32,880 nucleotides of DNA from Candidatus Margulisiibacteriota bacterium (GCA_042577605.1 JBHPDY010000003.1:1-32880); one strand, 5' to 3'. Positions 18,859 through 27,106 are shown, numbered from the stretch's first letter. Made by a program: numbers and translations. Notes: a model not told the origin generated them from the sequence alone.

Positions 18859-19053
18859 TTACTCTTTATTCTCTCTTTTTATTTTTACAATTATTTCTTG
18901 TGCTTTTTCAGCATTTTTCAGAGAACATACCATTCCATTAATAGCTGAACCAAAGACATTTTGCACAAAATTATTAATGCCAACCGGCTTTCCGTTTACT
19001 TCCAGCTGGACTTTAAACTGGCATTGATGATCACAAGATTTACTCATAGACAT
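18859..19053 (-). CDS. Small protein resembling the C-terminal domain of MobB-type proteins
   Basis: GGAGG RBS; VQLEVNGKPVGINNFVQNVFGSAINGMVCSLK pattern recalled from MobB C-termini and Moco clusters. Confidence 0.6.
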   Translation of the reverse strand: MSMSKSCDHQCQFKVQLEVNGKPVGINNFVQNVFGSAINGMVCSLKNAEKAQEIIVKIKRENKE

Positions 19054-19078
19054 ACCTCCGTTATCTTTAATTTATTTA

Positions 19079-19110
19079 TTAATCAGTGCGGCATTCGCCG
19101 CACTGATTAA
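19079..19110. terminator. Perfect 14-bp hairpin between the ModE-like gene and the small gene
   Basis: TTAATCAGTGCGGC-ATTC-GCCGCACTGATTAA; terminator, RNA-stabiliser or REP role not distinguishable. Confidence 0.5.
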
Positions 19111-19152
19111 AGAAAAAAACTTGGCTACGCCGACTTTTTAGTCAGCTTCAAA

Positions 19153-19186
19153 TAGATTATGTTCTGGTGAACATAATACAGTAAGG
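19153..19186 (-). promoter_or_regulatory. Promoter and candidate ModE-type operator upstream of the small gene-porin unit
   Basis: ATTATGTTC-TGGT-GAACATAAT perfect palindrome (19156-19177), within a - strand TTACTG-N17-CATAAT promoter-like arrangement. Confidence 0.65.
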
Positions 19187-19204
19187 GATGGGTATTTAAA
19201 AGGA

Positions 19205-19963
19205 TTAAATGTTAGGTTTGATATTCTCTATCTCGTGCTCATATTTTGAGATTAAGGCTTTAGCTAAAGCTGTCAAGTCTGAACCGGAATTCTTCTTGTT
19301 TTCCACCTTTAAGCACAATACTTTCTGCCCCAGGCGTTCTTCCATAGTTTTAATATATGCCCAGGCATGCCTATAAGACATCTTTAGTTCTTTTGCGGCT
19401 TTATTAAGTGAATTAGTTTTCCGGATCATTTTTAGCAGTTCATATTTCCCTGGACCAAAAACCATTTTATTATCTTTATCAAGCCAGATTTTCACCTTTA
19501 CTGCCAATTGCTGCAAAATAAAATCTGCCTGAAATTCTTCAATGATATTTATAATCTCAGCTTTCGTGTCAGGATCAAAAAAACTTATACCATCTATTTT
19601 TTCTTTTACTGGTAAAATATCCATCCCTTCTGAAAACAAAATATCTGCTTTTTGTATAGCTGTCCCAGCAGAGGCTTTAGCTTCCTTAGTGGTACTGTTA
19701 ACAAAAAAACAGAGGTCAGGTTTCAGGTGGTCCAAAATTTGGTTGCTTTCTATTATTAAAAAAGTATATTGCTGATTTTTGGTTGCGTTTTTTATGAAGT
19801 CCAGGGCTTCCTTAATATCATTTATTAATAATTCAGGCTTGTTTTTAACATGACCATGCCCGATTTTTAGGATCATAGATTTTGGTAATAAGCTTAATAA
19901 TTTTCGAGCTAGAGTTGTCTTACCAATATTACTATGAGAACCGGAAATAACAATTATTTTCAT
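19205..19963 (-). CDS. ModE-family winged-helix regulator fused to an N-terminal P-loop (MobB-like) domain
   Basis: N-term IIVISGSHSNIGKTT (Walker A) and FLIIESN; C-term VKIWL..FGPGKYELL..I....SLNKAAKELKMSYRHAWAYIKTMEERLG..GSDLT (ModE wHTH); no TOBE domains. Confidence 0.85.
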   Translation of the reverse strand: MKIIVISGSHSNIGKTTLARKLLSLLPKSMILKIGHGHVKNKPELLINDIKEALDFIKNATKNQQYTFLIIESNQILDHLKPDLCFFVNSTTKEAKASAGTAIQKADILFSEGMDILPVKEKIDGISFFDPDTKAEIINIIEEFQADFILQQLAVKVKIWLDKDNKMVFGPGKYELLKMIRKTNSLNKAAKELKMSYRHAWAYIKTMEERLGQKVLCLKVENKKNSGSDLTALAKALISKYEHEIENIKPNI

Positions 19964-20778
19964 AAGCCCAAAATTCTTTCTTCGCCAGTGTAAATATTAG
20001 CTTTTGTCCCTCGCACATACCCTAAAAGGGTAATATTAAATTTTTGAGCCATTTCTACAACCGCAGCTGTTGGGGCAGACCTGGAAACCACAATCGGAAC
20101 TTTAAGTCGCAAACATTTAATTAGAATTTCAGAAGAAACTCTGCCGCTGGTAATGATAAGACTTTCTTTTGTATAGTCTAGTTTATCTTCTTTAAGAAGG
20201 ATACCGGCAATCTTGTCCACGCAATTATGCCTACCGATATCTTCATTGAAAACAGAAAAATTATCATTGTAAAAATTAACACTATGAACACCCCCGATAT
20301 TTCTATACAACTCAGACTGTTTATTAAAATCCTGCATAAGTTCCCAGATTTTAGTAATAGGTACTTGGAAATCACTATCAACTTTGCCAAACTTTTCTAG
20401 TTTTAAAGGATTAATATAGGTTAGGCCTTTTCCGCATCCGGAGGTTACACTTCTGACGGTTTCTTTGGGAATGACTGCTTTATTACTTTTGGTGTTAATT
20501 ATGACGGCCATTAATTGTTCATTAAAACTAACGTCTTTAATATCCTGCATTGAATCAATCATAGCTTCCGTAAACAAAAAACCAAGGGCTAGTTCTTCCT
20601 GATATTCGTTGAGACACAATAAAGAAACAAAATCCATATTGTTTAGAATGACTTTTAAAGATATTTCAGAGATGATTTGTTTTTGGATCTTTTCTGTGAT
20701 GATTTTGTCTTCGGTTTTGGAGACTTGGATTACCGGAAACTCAGAGGTTAGATTGGCATTAAATTGATTATTGATCAT
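19960..20778 (-). CDS. fdhD: Formate dehydrogenase accessory sulfurtransferase FdhD
   Basis: ELALGFLFTE, TSGCG, GGVHS, EDIGRHNCVDKIAG, SGRVSSE, SRSAPT..A..FNITLLGYVRG; likely ATG at 20778. Confidence 0.95.
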   Translation of the reverse strand: MINNQFNANLTSEFPVIQVSKTEDKIITEKIQKQIISEISLKVILNNMDFVSLLCLNEYQEELALGFLFTEAMIDSMQDIKDVSFNEQLMAVIINTKSNKAVIPKETVRSVTSGCGKGLTYINPLKLEKFGKVDSDFQVPITKIWELMQDFNKQSELYRNIGGVHSVNFYNDNFSVFNEDIGRHNCVDKIAGILLKEDKLDYTKESLIITSGRVSSEILIKCLRLKVPIVVSRSAPTAAVVEMAQKFNITLLGYVRGTKANIYTGEERILGL

Positions 20779-20841
20779 ACTTACTTGCGAATATAGTGGA
20801 AAACCGCAAGTAAGACAAGCAATTTTCCATCCCATAAATTT

Positions 20842-20960
20842 CTAACTGGCCTACTTTAGTGTTGGTGATTTAGCTTGAAATGGTGCCTAAGAAAATGGGC
20901 ATCTCAAAACTAGAGTATTGAGCTAGCTTCATTTCACCAACACTAAAGTAGGCCAGTTAG
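20842..20960. mobile_element. 119-bp MITE-like element with 27-bp perfect terminal inverted repeats
   Basis: CTAACTGGCCTACTTTAGTGTTGGTGA (20842-20868) with exact reverse complement at 20934-20960; flanked by CATAAATTT / CATAAATTG (8/9 direct repeat). Confidence 0.8.
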
Positions 20961-20982
20961 CATAAATTGCACAACAGCCCTC

Positions 20983-22008
20983 TTATACAGCTATACGCGG
21001 TAATCCTTTGCCCACACTTCCTATAATTGAAGCATCCTGCATTCCAGAACTATGAAGCTTTTGCAAAACCTTATCCGCCAATGACTCATCCACAGCCATC
21101 AATATCCCCCCGGAAGTAATAGCATCCAACATAATCATCTTAAGATTATTATCCAAATCCCCGGAAAACTCTGCTTTTCCCTCAACAAACTCCAAATTTC
21201 TCCGCATAACACAGCTCACACAACCAGCCTCTACCAGATCATAAACCCCATCAATAACCGGAACCTTTCCACTATCAATTCTAATAGAAACCTTACTAGC
21301 CTCAGCCAATTTCAGAGTATGACCCAATAAACCAAAGCCTGTAATATCCGTAGCAGACTTAACATTAAATTCCTGCATAATTTCCGCGGCTTTTTTGTTC
21401 AAGGTTTTCATGGTTGTTACAGCTTTTTGATATAACGCATCATTTGCTTCGCCCACCTTTTTAGCAGCAATAATTACTCCAGTACCTAATGGTTTGGTTA
21501 GGATCAGAACATCACCTGGTTTGGCATTTGAGTTGGTAATTATCCTGTCCGGATGGACAGTGCCTGTAACTGCCAGCCCATATTTTGGTACATCATCGGT
21601 TATGGTGTGCCCGCCTGTGATCACAGCCCCGCTTTCTTTGACTTTATCCATGCCACCGGCCAGTATTTCTTTCAAGATATCCAAAGATAGATTTTTTTTG
21701 GGGAACATTACAATATTCAAGGCATTTATTGGTGTGCCGCCCATAGCATAAACATCACTAAGGGCATTTGCCGCAGCCACCTGACCGAAATCATAAGGAT
21801 CAGAGCAGACAGGTGGGAAAAAATCCGTGGTTTGGATAAGGGCTATTTCATCAGTCAGCTGATATACTCCTGCATCATCATGGGTATCAATATCAACTAA
21901 AAGTCTCTTGTCTGTGTTTTTGGGTAGACCGGACAAAGCTTTTTCCAGTTCATTGGCCGGAAGTTTTGCAGAGCAGCCGCCGCTTTCTATTAGTTGAAGT
22001 AAATCCAT
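20983..22008 (-). CDS. selD: Selenide, water dikinase (selenophosphate synthetase), Cys-type
   Basis: GGCSAK, DDAGVY, QTTDFFPP, FGQVAAANALSDVYAMGG, GGHT, LTKPLGTG, TDITGFGLLGH, TSGG; GGAGG RBS before ATG 22008. Confidence 0.97.
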   Translation of the reverse strand: MDLLQLIESGGCSAKLPANELEKALSGLPKNTDKRLLVDIDTHDDAGVYQLTDEIALIQTTDFFPPVCSDPYDFGQVAAANALSDVYAMGGTPINALNIVMFPKKNLSLDILKEILAGGMDKVKESGAVITGGHTITDDVPKYGLAVTGTVHPDRIITNSNAKPGDVLILTKPLGTGVIIAAKKVGEANDALYQKAVTTMKTLNKKAAEIMQEFNVKSATDITGFGLLGHTLKLAEASKVSIRIDSGKVPVIDGVYDLVEAGCVSCVMRRNLEFVEGKAEFSGDLDNNLKMIMLDAITSGGILMAVDESLADKVLQKLHSSGMQDASIIGSVGKGLPRIAV

Positions 22009-22034
22009 ATGTTGTCCTCCCATTAAAAGATATG

Positions 22035-23183
22035 TTATTTCCTGATAATCTTTTCCAGAACACCAATTAAACAATCAATTTCTTCTTTATTGTTAAAATA
22101 ACTCAAACTAATCCTTAAAGTTCCTTCCGGAAAAGTATTTATTGTTTTATGAGCAGATGGGGCACACTGCAATCCAGGTCTGGTCAAAATTCCGTATTCT
22201 TTATCTAGAATATGAGCAATCTCAGCTGGTGATCTATCTCTAATATTAAAGCTAATAATACCAGGACAGCACTTATCTGAGTTATATATTTCTATTTCCT
22301 TGAAATTTCTTAAACCATCCAACATGGTTTTTGATAGTTTTTGCTTGTGATTATATATGGTATCAAAGCCCGTCTTAAGTATAAACTCAATGCCAGCTCG
22401 TAAACCGGTAATGCCAGGCGTATTAGGCGTGCCAGCTTCCAATTTGTCCGGCAAAAACTCCGGCTGCTCTTCATGCTCTGATCTGCTGCCTGTCCCACCC
22501 TGCGCCAGTGATTCTATATCAGTTCTATTATTTATACACAGACCTCCGGTACCTTGCGGGCCAAAAAGGCCTTTATGGCCGGTAAAGGTTAATAGATCTA
22601 TCTTATCCTTTTGCATATCAATTGGTAACACACCGGCTGTTTGAGCGCAATCAACCAGAAAAACAATCCTTTTTTCCATACATATTTTCCCTATTTCCTT
22701 AATTGGTAAAATCTGGCCAGTAACATTTGAGGCATGCGTTAAAACCACTAATCTTGTTTCAGGCCTAATACTAGTTTGAAAGGATGCCTTATCAAATCCT
22801 TGGACATCTTTATTTTTGATTTGGGTAAAGTTAATACTCTTATGTTTAGCCAGCCAATTCAAAGGACGCATTACAGCATTATGTTCCCAGGAACTGGTAA
22901 TAACATGATCTCCTGATTTCAATATCCCTTTCAGGGCAATATTCAAAGCATGCGTAGCGTTTAATGTAAAAACAACATTGTCAGAATTTCCCACATTAAA
23001 AAACGAAGAAATCAATTCTCTGGTTTCAAATAATACACGTCCTGCGTCAACAGATAGGCTGTGGCCTGATCGTCCTGGATTGGCGCCGATGTTTCGCATG
23101 AAATTCTGCATAGCAGAAATTACCTGGGGTGGTTTTGGGTATGATGTGGCAGCGTTATCAAAATAAATATATTTATTTTTCAT
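22035..23183 (-). CDS. Class-V PLP aminotransferase: cysteine desulfurase / selenocysteine lyase family
   Basis: YFDNAATSYPKP, EHNAV, HASNVTG, VDCAQTAG, FTGHKGLFGPQGTG, EAGTPN, RPGLQCAP; lies between selB and selD. Confidence 0.9.
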   Translation of the reverse strand: MKNKYIYFDNAATSYPKPPQVISAMQNFMRNIGANPGRSGHSLSVDAGRVLFETRELISSFFNVGNSDNVVFTLNATHALNIALKGILKSGDHVITSSWEHNAVMRPLNWLAKHKSINFTQIKNKDVQGFDKASFQTSIRPETRLVVLTHASNVTGQILPIKEIGKICMEKRIVFLVDCAQTAGVLPIDMQKDKIDLLTFTGHKGLFGPQGTGGLCINNRTDIESLAQGGTGSRSEHEEQPEFLPDKLEAGTPNTPGITGLRAGIEFILKTGFDTIYNHKQKLSKTMLDGLRNFKEIEIYNSDKCCPGIISFNIRDRSPAEIAHILDKEYGILTRPGLQCAPSAHKTINTFPEGTLRISLSYFNNKEEIDCLIGVLEKIIRK

Positions 23184-23207
23184 GGTGTTTTTTATAATTC
23201 CGATCGT

Positions 23208-25163
23208 TTAACCAATTTGATTTTCCAAAAAAGCCCGCCCAAAATCCGTTATTTTCCTATGATCCCCAACCCTAACCGTAACACCTTCCCCATCAAACAA
23301 AGAAATCAACAACAAACAAATCTTCCGATTCCCCTGCACAATATCCCGAAACTGGGCAATGGTCACCCCATCTTTCTGCCTAACCAATTCCTTTAATAAT
23401 TTTTCCCTGCAACCATCAACAATCGAAGCATGGATATAATTACCGTCAATGACATAGGCTTTTTTGGCCCTTATCTGATAATGCAGGAATTTTTTTAATT
23501 CCTCTTCAAACATCCCTTGCGGCTTTATTTTTGGCAGTAGTTCTGACATTAACGGTGTTTGCATGCCACAACTTTTCAGATAATTATCCAGCCAGGCAAT
23601 ATTTTTTTTGGTTTTTTCATCCAGGCGCACATTATGCTCAGCCAAACACCAGGTATGGGCAGTTTTTTTTAATTTATTATCTTTTTGCAGGCCGAGGAGC
23701 ATTGAATTGAGCAACAGCTCTCCTGCGGTATTTTTCTTTAATCCAAACCTGCCTAATAATTCCTGAAAGGTTAGGCCATTAGGATCAATAATATTTTTTC
23801 TGTGATAAGAAGCAATACTTTCTATTATTCTTTTTTCCAGGGCAGCTGCTTTTTCTTTTATGATCAACACAGTTTTATTTTCCAGAGAATATCGAATAAT
23901 ATCTTCCGGAAATCCGTTTTGCACTGCTTTAATAGCTTCGGCTTCTGAAATATTTAGGGCCTGACAAATATCACTTAAGAACACAGCCTCATAACGCTTT
24001 TTAGTTTCCAGGGCGATCAATTTGCCAACATCTCCGGAAACCAGATCTTGCATTTGTTTTATCAATTTCAGAGGCCTGCGTCTATGGTGTAGGGGAGTAG
24101 GATCAATAATAATTCCACCGCCTATTGTAGAATCACAAGAAGTATTTCTAATAACAAACCTATCCCCTTGTCTTAAAACACAAGGATATTCCAAATGGAT
24201 TTGAGTTAATGCTGTTTCCCCGCTGGTTATTTCATTTTTATCAATTAAATGGATCCTTGCCTGTGCTTCAAAAGTACCGCAATGAAAAATAGCCTGGGTC
24301 CAGATGGAAAGGTTCCGGCTATAATCAAATATCTCTAAACTGGCATCTAATTGCTGGGTAGGAGTAAGCTCTTGGTCAGAAAGCAGTAACCCGCGTTTAA
24401 AATCATTTTTTTCCAGACCTACCAGGTTTATTGATGCCCGGTCTCCAGCCCTTATTTCAGATACTTCTTTTCCATGCCGTTCCAACCGTCTGATTCGAAG
24501 CGGTTTTTTATCTCCCGGAAGCAGAAATAGATTCTGTTCTTTTGCTATGCAACCACTGATAACCGAACCTGTAACAACAGTCCCAAATCCAGCAACACTG
24601 AATATCCGGTCAATATACATTCTAAAAATATCTTGAGAATTTCTTTCCGGAATAGTTTTCGACAGCGCAATAATATTTGCTTTCAAAGCATCAATGCCTG
24701 CCATAGTTTTGGAGGAAACCGGAATAATATCAGCATTTTCCAGGAAAGAACCTTTTACCAAGTCTTGTATTTCTTCCTTAGCTAGTTCTAAGATTTCCTC
24801 GTCCACCAAATCGGATTTTGTTAATACAATTAATCCGGTTTTTATGCCCAATAAATCCATGATTTTCAGATGTTCACGTGTCTGGGGCATAACTCCGCTA
24901 TCAGCAGCAACCACAAATAAAACAAAGTCTATACCGCTAGCCCCGCCCACCATTGTGTGGATAAAATCTTTATGGCCGGGAACATCCACAATACCAATAC
25001 TGTTCCCATCAGGTAAATCCAGATAAGTAAAGCCAAGATTAATGGTAATCCCACGCTTTTTTTCTTCTTTATGAGTATCACAATCAATATTAGTCAGAGC
25101 TTTGATCAAGGCAGTCTTTCCATGATCAATATGCCCGGCAGTACCCATTATCAAATGTTTCAT
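23208..25163 (-). CDS. selB: Selenocysteine-specific elongation factor SelB
   Basis: GTAGHIDHGKT, EEKKRGITINLGF, DVPGH, MPQTREH, TKSD, RMYIDRIFSVAGFGTVVTG; C-terminal winged-helix region (FRD....RK). Confidence 0.97.
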   Translation of the reverse strand: MKHLIMGTAGHIDHGKTALIKALTNIDCDTHKEEKKRGITINLGFTYLDLPDGNSIGIVDVPGHKDFIHTMVGGASGIDFVLFVVAADSGVMPQTREHLKIMDLLGIKTGLIVLTKSDLVDEEILELAKEEIQDLVKGSFLENADIIPVSSKTMAGIDALKANIIALSKTIPERNSQDIFRMYIDRIFSVAGFGTVVTGSVISGCIAKEQNLFLLPGDKKPLRIRRLERHGKEVSEIRAGDRASINLVGLEKNDFKRGLLLSDQELTPTQQLDASLEIFDYSRNLSIWTQAIFHCGTFEAQARIHLIDKNEITSGETALTQIHLEYPCVLRQGDRFVIRNTSCDSTIGGGIIIDPTPLHHRRRPLKLIKQMQDLVSGDVGKLIALETKKRYEAVFLSDICQALNISEAEAIKAVQNGFPEDIIRYSLENKTVLIIKEKAAALEKRIIESIASYHRKNIIDPNGLTFQELLGRFGLKKNTAGELLLNSMLLGLQKDNKLKKTAHTWCLAEHNVRLDEKTKKNIAWLDNYLKSCGMQTPLMSELLPKIKPQGMFEEELKKFLHYQIRAKKAYVIDGNYIHASIVDGCREKLLKELVRQKDGVTIAQFRDIVQGNRKICLLLISLFDGEGVTVRVGDHRKITDFGRAFLENQIG

Positions 25164-25164
25164 A

Positions 25165-26598
25165 TCAGTTTATTTTTGTAGAGACGCGATGAATCGCGTG
25201 GCTACAAACAATGGAAATATAAGGAATATCTTCCTTATTCAAAGTCAAAACATCAAAAACCAAATTCCCCTGCCGTAAAATACCGAGCACAGGTTTATCC
25301 AAATTTAATAATTCCTGATAAAGCTTTTCCGCAAATAAAACGTTTTCCTTGCGTTTTTTATCTTTTAAGCTGATTTTCACCCCAAAGCTATCTATCTTTA
25401 GCTCAGGCAAGGTGCCTCCCCCGCATTGTCCCTGGCTTTTAATAACTTCAGAAACAAAGCCTTTTGCCTCAAACTCAGCTTTTAATTTCTCAGCCAAAGA
25501 CAGAAGTTCTTTTTCAGTACGCTCCAGAAAATTAAAAATAGGTGTGTTTTCTGCTAAAAGGTTATCGGTCAGATAGTTCTCACAAGCAGCAGCTAAAGCA
25601 GCAATGGTTAATTTCCCAACTCTTAAGGCTCTCATCATAGGCGCTTTAGCCAGTTTGCGGATAAGTTCTTTCTTCCCGCAAATAATTCCAGCTTGAGGCC
25701 CCCCTAGTAATTTATCGCCGCTAAAACAAACCAGGTCAGCCCCTTGTTTAACCGCACTTCGAACATCAGGCTCTTCAGATAATGATAGGTTTTTTGGTTT
25801 TCTTAAAAGGCCGGAACCAATGTCATATACAACCGGGATATTTTTCTTTTTTCCTAGTTCAACCAAAGCTTTCAGGCCTGCTTCTTCCGTAAAACCTTTG
25901 ATAGCAAAATTTGATTGATGAGCTTTGAAAAGCAAAGCGGTTTTTTCATTGATGGTTTTTTCATAATCAGAAATCCTGGTGCGGTTCGTAGTCCCTGTTT
26001 CACGCATTACAGCCCCAGCTGCGCTCATAATTTCCGGTATCCTAAACGATCCTCCGATCTCAATTAGTTCCCCTCGGGAAACAATTGTTTCTTTATCTTT
26101 GGAAAAGGTATTTAAGATCAGAATAATGGCAGCAGCATTATTATTAACTACAATAGCGTCTTCTGCTTGGGTCAGGAATTTTAAAATTTCTGATAAATGC
26201 CCGTTCCTATGACCCCGTTTAGCAGTTTTAAGATTAAATTCCAGGTTACAATAACCTGAAGCGCTTTCTAGTGCGTTTTTTAAAACATTATTTCCTAATG
26301 GCGCTCTGCCTAGGTTTGTATGGATAACGACTCCAGTGGCATTTATCATTGGTTTTAAGGCAGGTTTGGTTAGCGCTGAAATCAAATCCTTAATTTGGGA
26401 GATTAATTCATTTTTATCAGGATTTTTGTTGTTTTTCTGTATATCTGCACGGGCTTTATCTAGAATACTTCTAATAGAATATACTACCAGCTCTTGGCTG
26501 AATTTTTGGATTAAATCTTTGATAGGAGTTTCTGTTAATAGGGTGTCTACTCCTGGAAGTTTTCTCATAATATATTTTTTTAAATGTTCTTTTTTCAT
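25165..26598 (-). CDS. selA: L-seryl-tRNA(Sec) selenium transferase SelA
   Basis: INATGVVIHTNLGRAPL, VNNNAAA, SRGELIEIGGSFRIPEIM, GTTNRT, FSGDKLLGGPQAG, RALRVGK, GGGTLP. Confidence 0.97.
   Translation of the reverse strand: MKKEHLKKYIMRKLPGVDTLLTETPIKDLIQKFSQELVVYSIRSILDKARADIQKNNKNPDKNELISQIKDLISALTKPALKPMINATGVVIHTNLGRAPLGNNVLKNALESASGYCNLEFNLKTAKRGHRNGHLSEILKFLTQAEDAIVVNNNAAAIILILNTFSKDKETIVSRGELIEIGGSFRIPEIMSAAGAVMRETGTTNRTRISDYEKTINEKTALLFKAHQSNFAIKGFTEEAGLKALVELGKKKNIPVVYDIGSGLLRKPKNLSLSEEPDVRSAVKQGADLVCFSGDKLLGGPQAGIICGKKELIRKLAKAPMMRALRVGKLTIAALAAACENYLTDNLLAENTPIFNFLERTEKELLSLAEKLKAEFEAKGFVSEVIKSQGQCGGGTLPELKIDSFGVKISLKDKKRKENVLFAEKLYQELLNLDKPVLGILRQGNLVFDVLTLNKEDIPYISIVCSHAIHRVSTKIN
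25177..25206. repeat. GTAG-type REP palindrome inside the selA 3' end
   Basis: TGTAG-AG-ACGCGAT-GA-ATCGCGT-GG-CTACA; translated as CSHAIHRVST in SelA. Confidence 0.7.
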
Positions 26599-26599
26599 T

Positions 26600-26935
26600 T
26601 TATTTGATGAGTTTTGAGATCATTTTTGATAATTCTTCTAATAACGCATAATGCTTATAATATACTTTTTCTTCTATTAGTTCCTGATTTTTAAGTATTT
26701 GTAGAATAGCAACGCATTCATAAATTGAACCTCTGGAATAAATATAAAAATTATTCTTGCTTTTTTGAGTATAACGTCCAGAGCCTTCTGCTATATTTAA
26801 AACAATCGAAGTGCTAGCTCGATAAAGCTGATCTTTCAAGTTGCTGTTAATATTATCATTGACCAAAAGTTCTAATATTTCTTGGCAATAATTAAGGGCT
26901 TTTTTATAGATATCTAATTTTTCGAATAAGAACAT
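26600..26935 (-). CDS. Four-helix-bundle protein (23S rRNA intervening-sequence protein family)
   Basis: FEKLDIYKKA, LKDQLYRASTSIVLNIAEGSGR, F...SRGSIYEC motifs. Confidence 0.92.
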   Translation of the reverse strand: MFLFEKLDIYKKALNYCQEILELLVNDNINSNLKDQLYRASTSIVLNIAEGSGRYTQKSKNNFYIYSRGSIYECVAILQILKNQELIEEKVYYKHYALLEELSKMISKLIK

Positions 26936-26958
26936 ATTTAAATCCTAGTAATTTTATA

Positions 26959-27087
26959 CTAATAGCAACCGAACCGGTTGCGATCTAATAATAAGCGCAG
27001 CTTATGATCTAATCTCTATTCACTTGCCAAAAATAGTTCAAGTAATTAGAGAGTAGAAATTAGATCGTCGGTTTCACCGACTATTAG
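26959..27087. repeat. Modular CTAATA-[hairpin]-GATCTAAT repeats upstream of the four-helix-bundle gene
   Basis: Three units with different internal hairpins: two direct (26959-27013) and one inverted (27059-27087). Confidence 0.75.
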
Positions 27088-27106
27088 GGGCCAAAAATAT
27101 CATTTT

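Noticed and set aside
21970-21985. Possible Sec in the SelD active site
   Set aside because: The codon is TGC (GGCSAK), so this is a Cys-type SelD
26600-26935. Diversity-generating retroelement (Avd-like gene)
   Set aside because: No reverse transcriptase or TR/VR pair seen in the window
26959-27087. CRISPR-like repeat-spacer interpretation
   Set aside because: Constant parts are only 6-8 nt, one unit is inverted, the 'spacers' are self-complementary, and there are no cas genes
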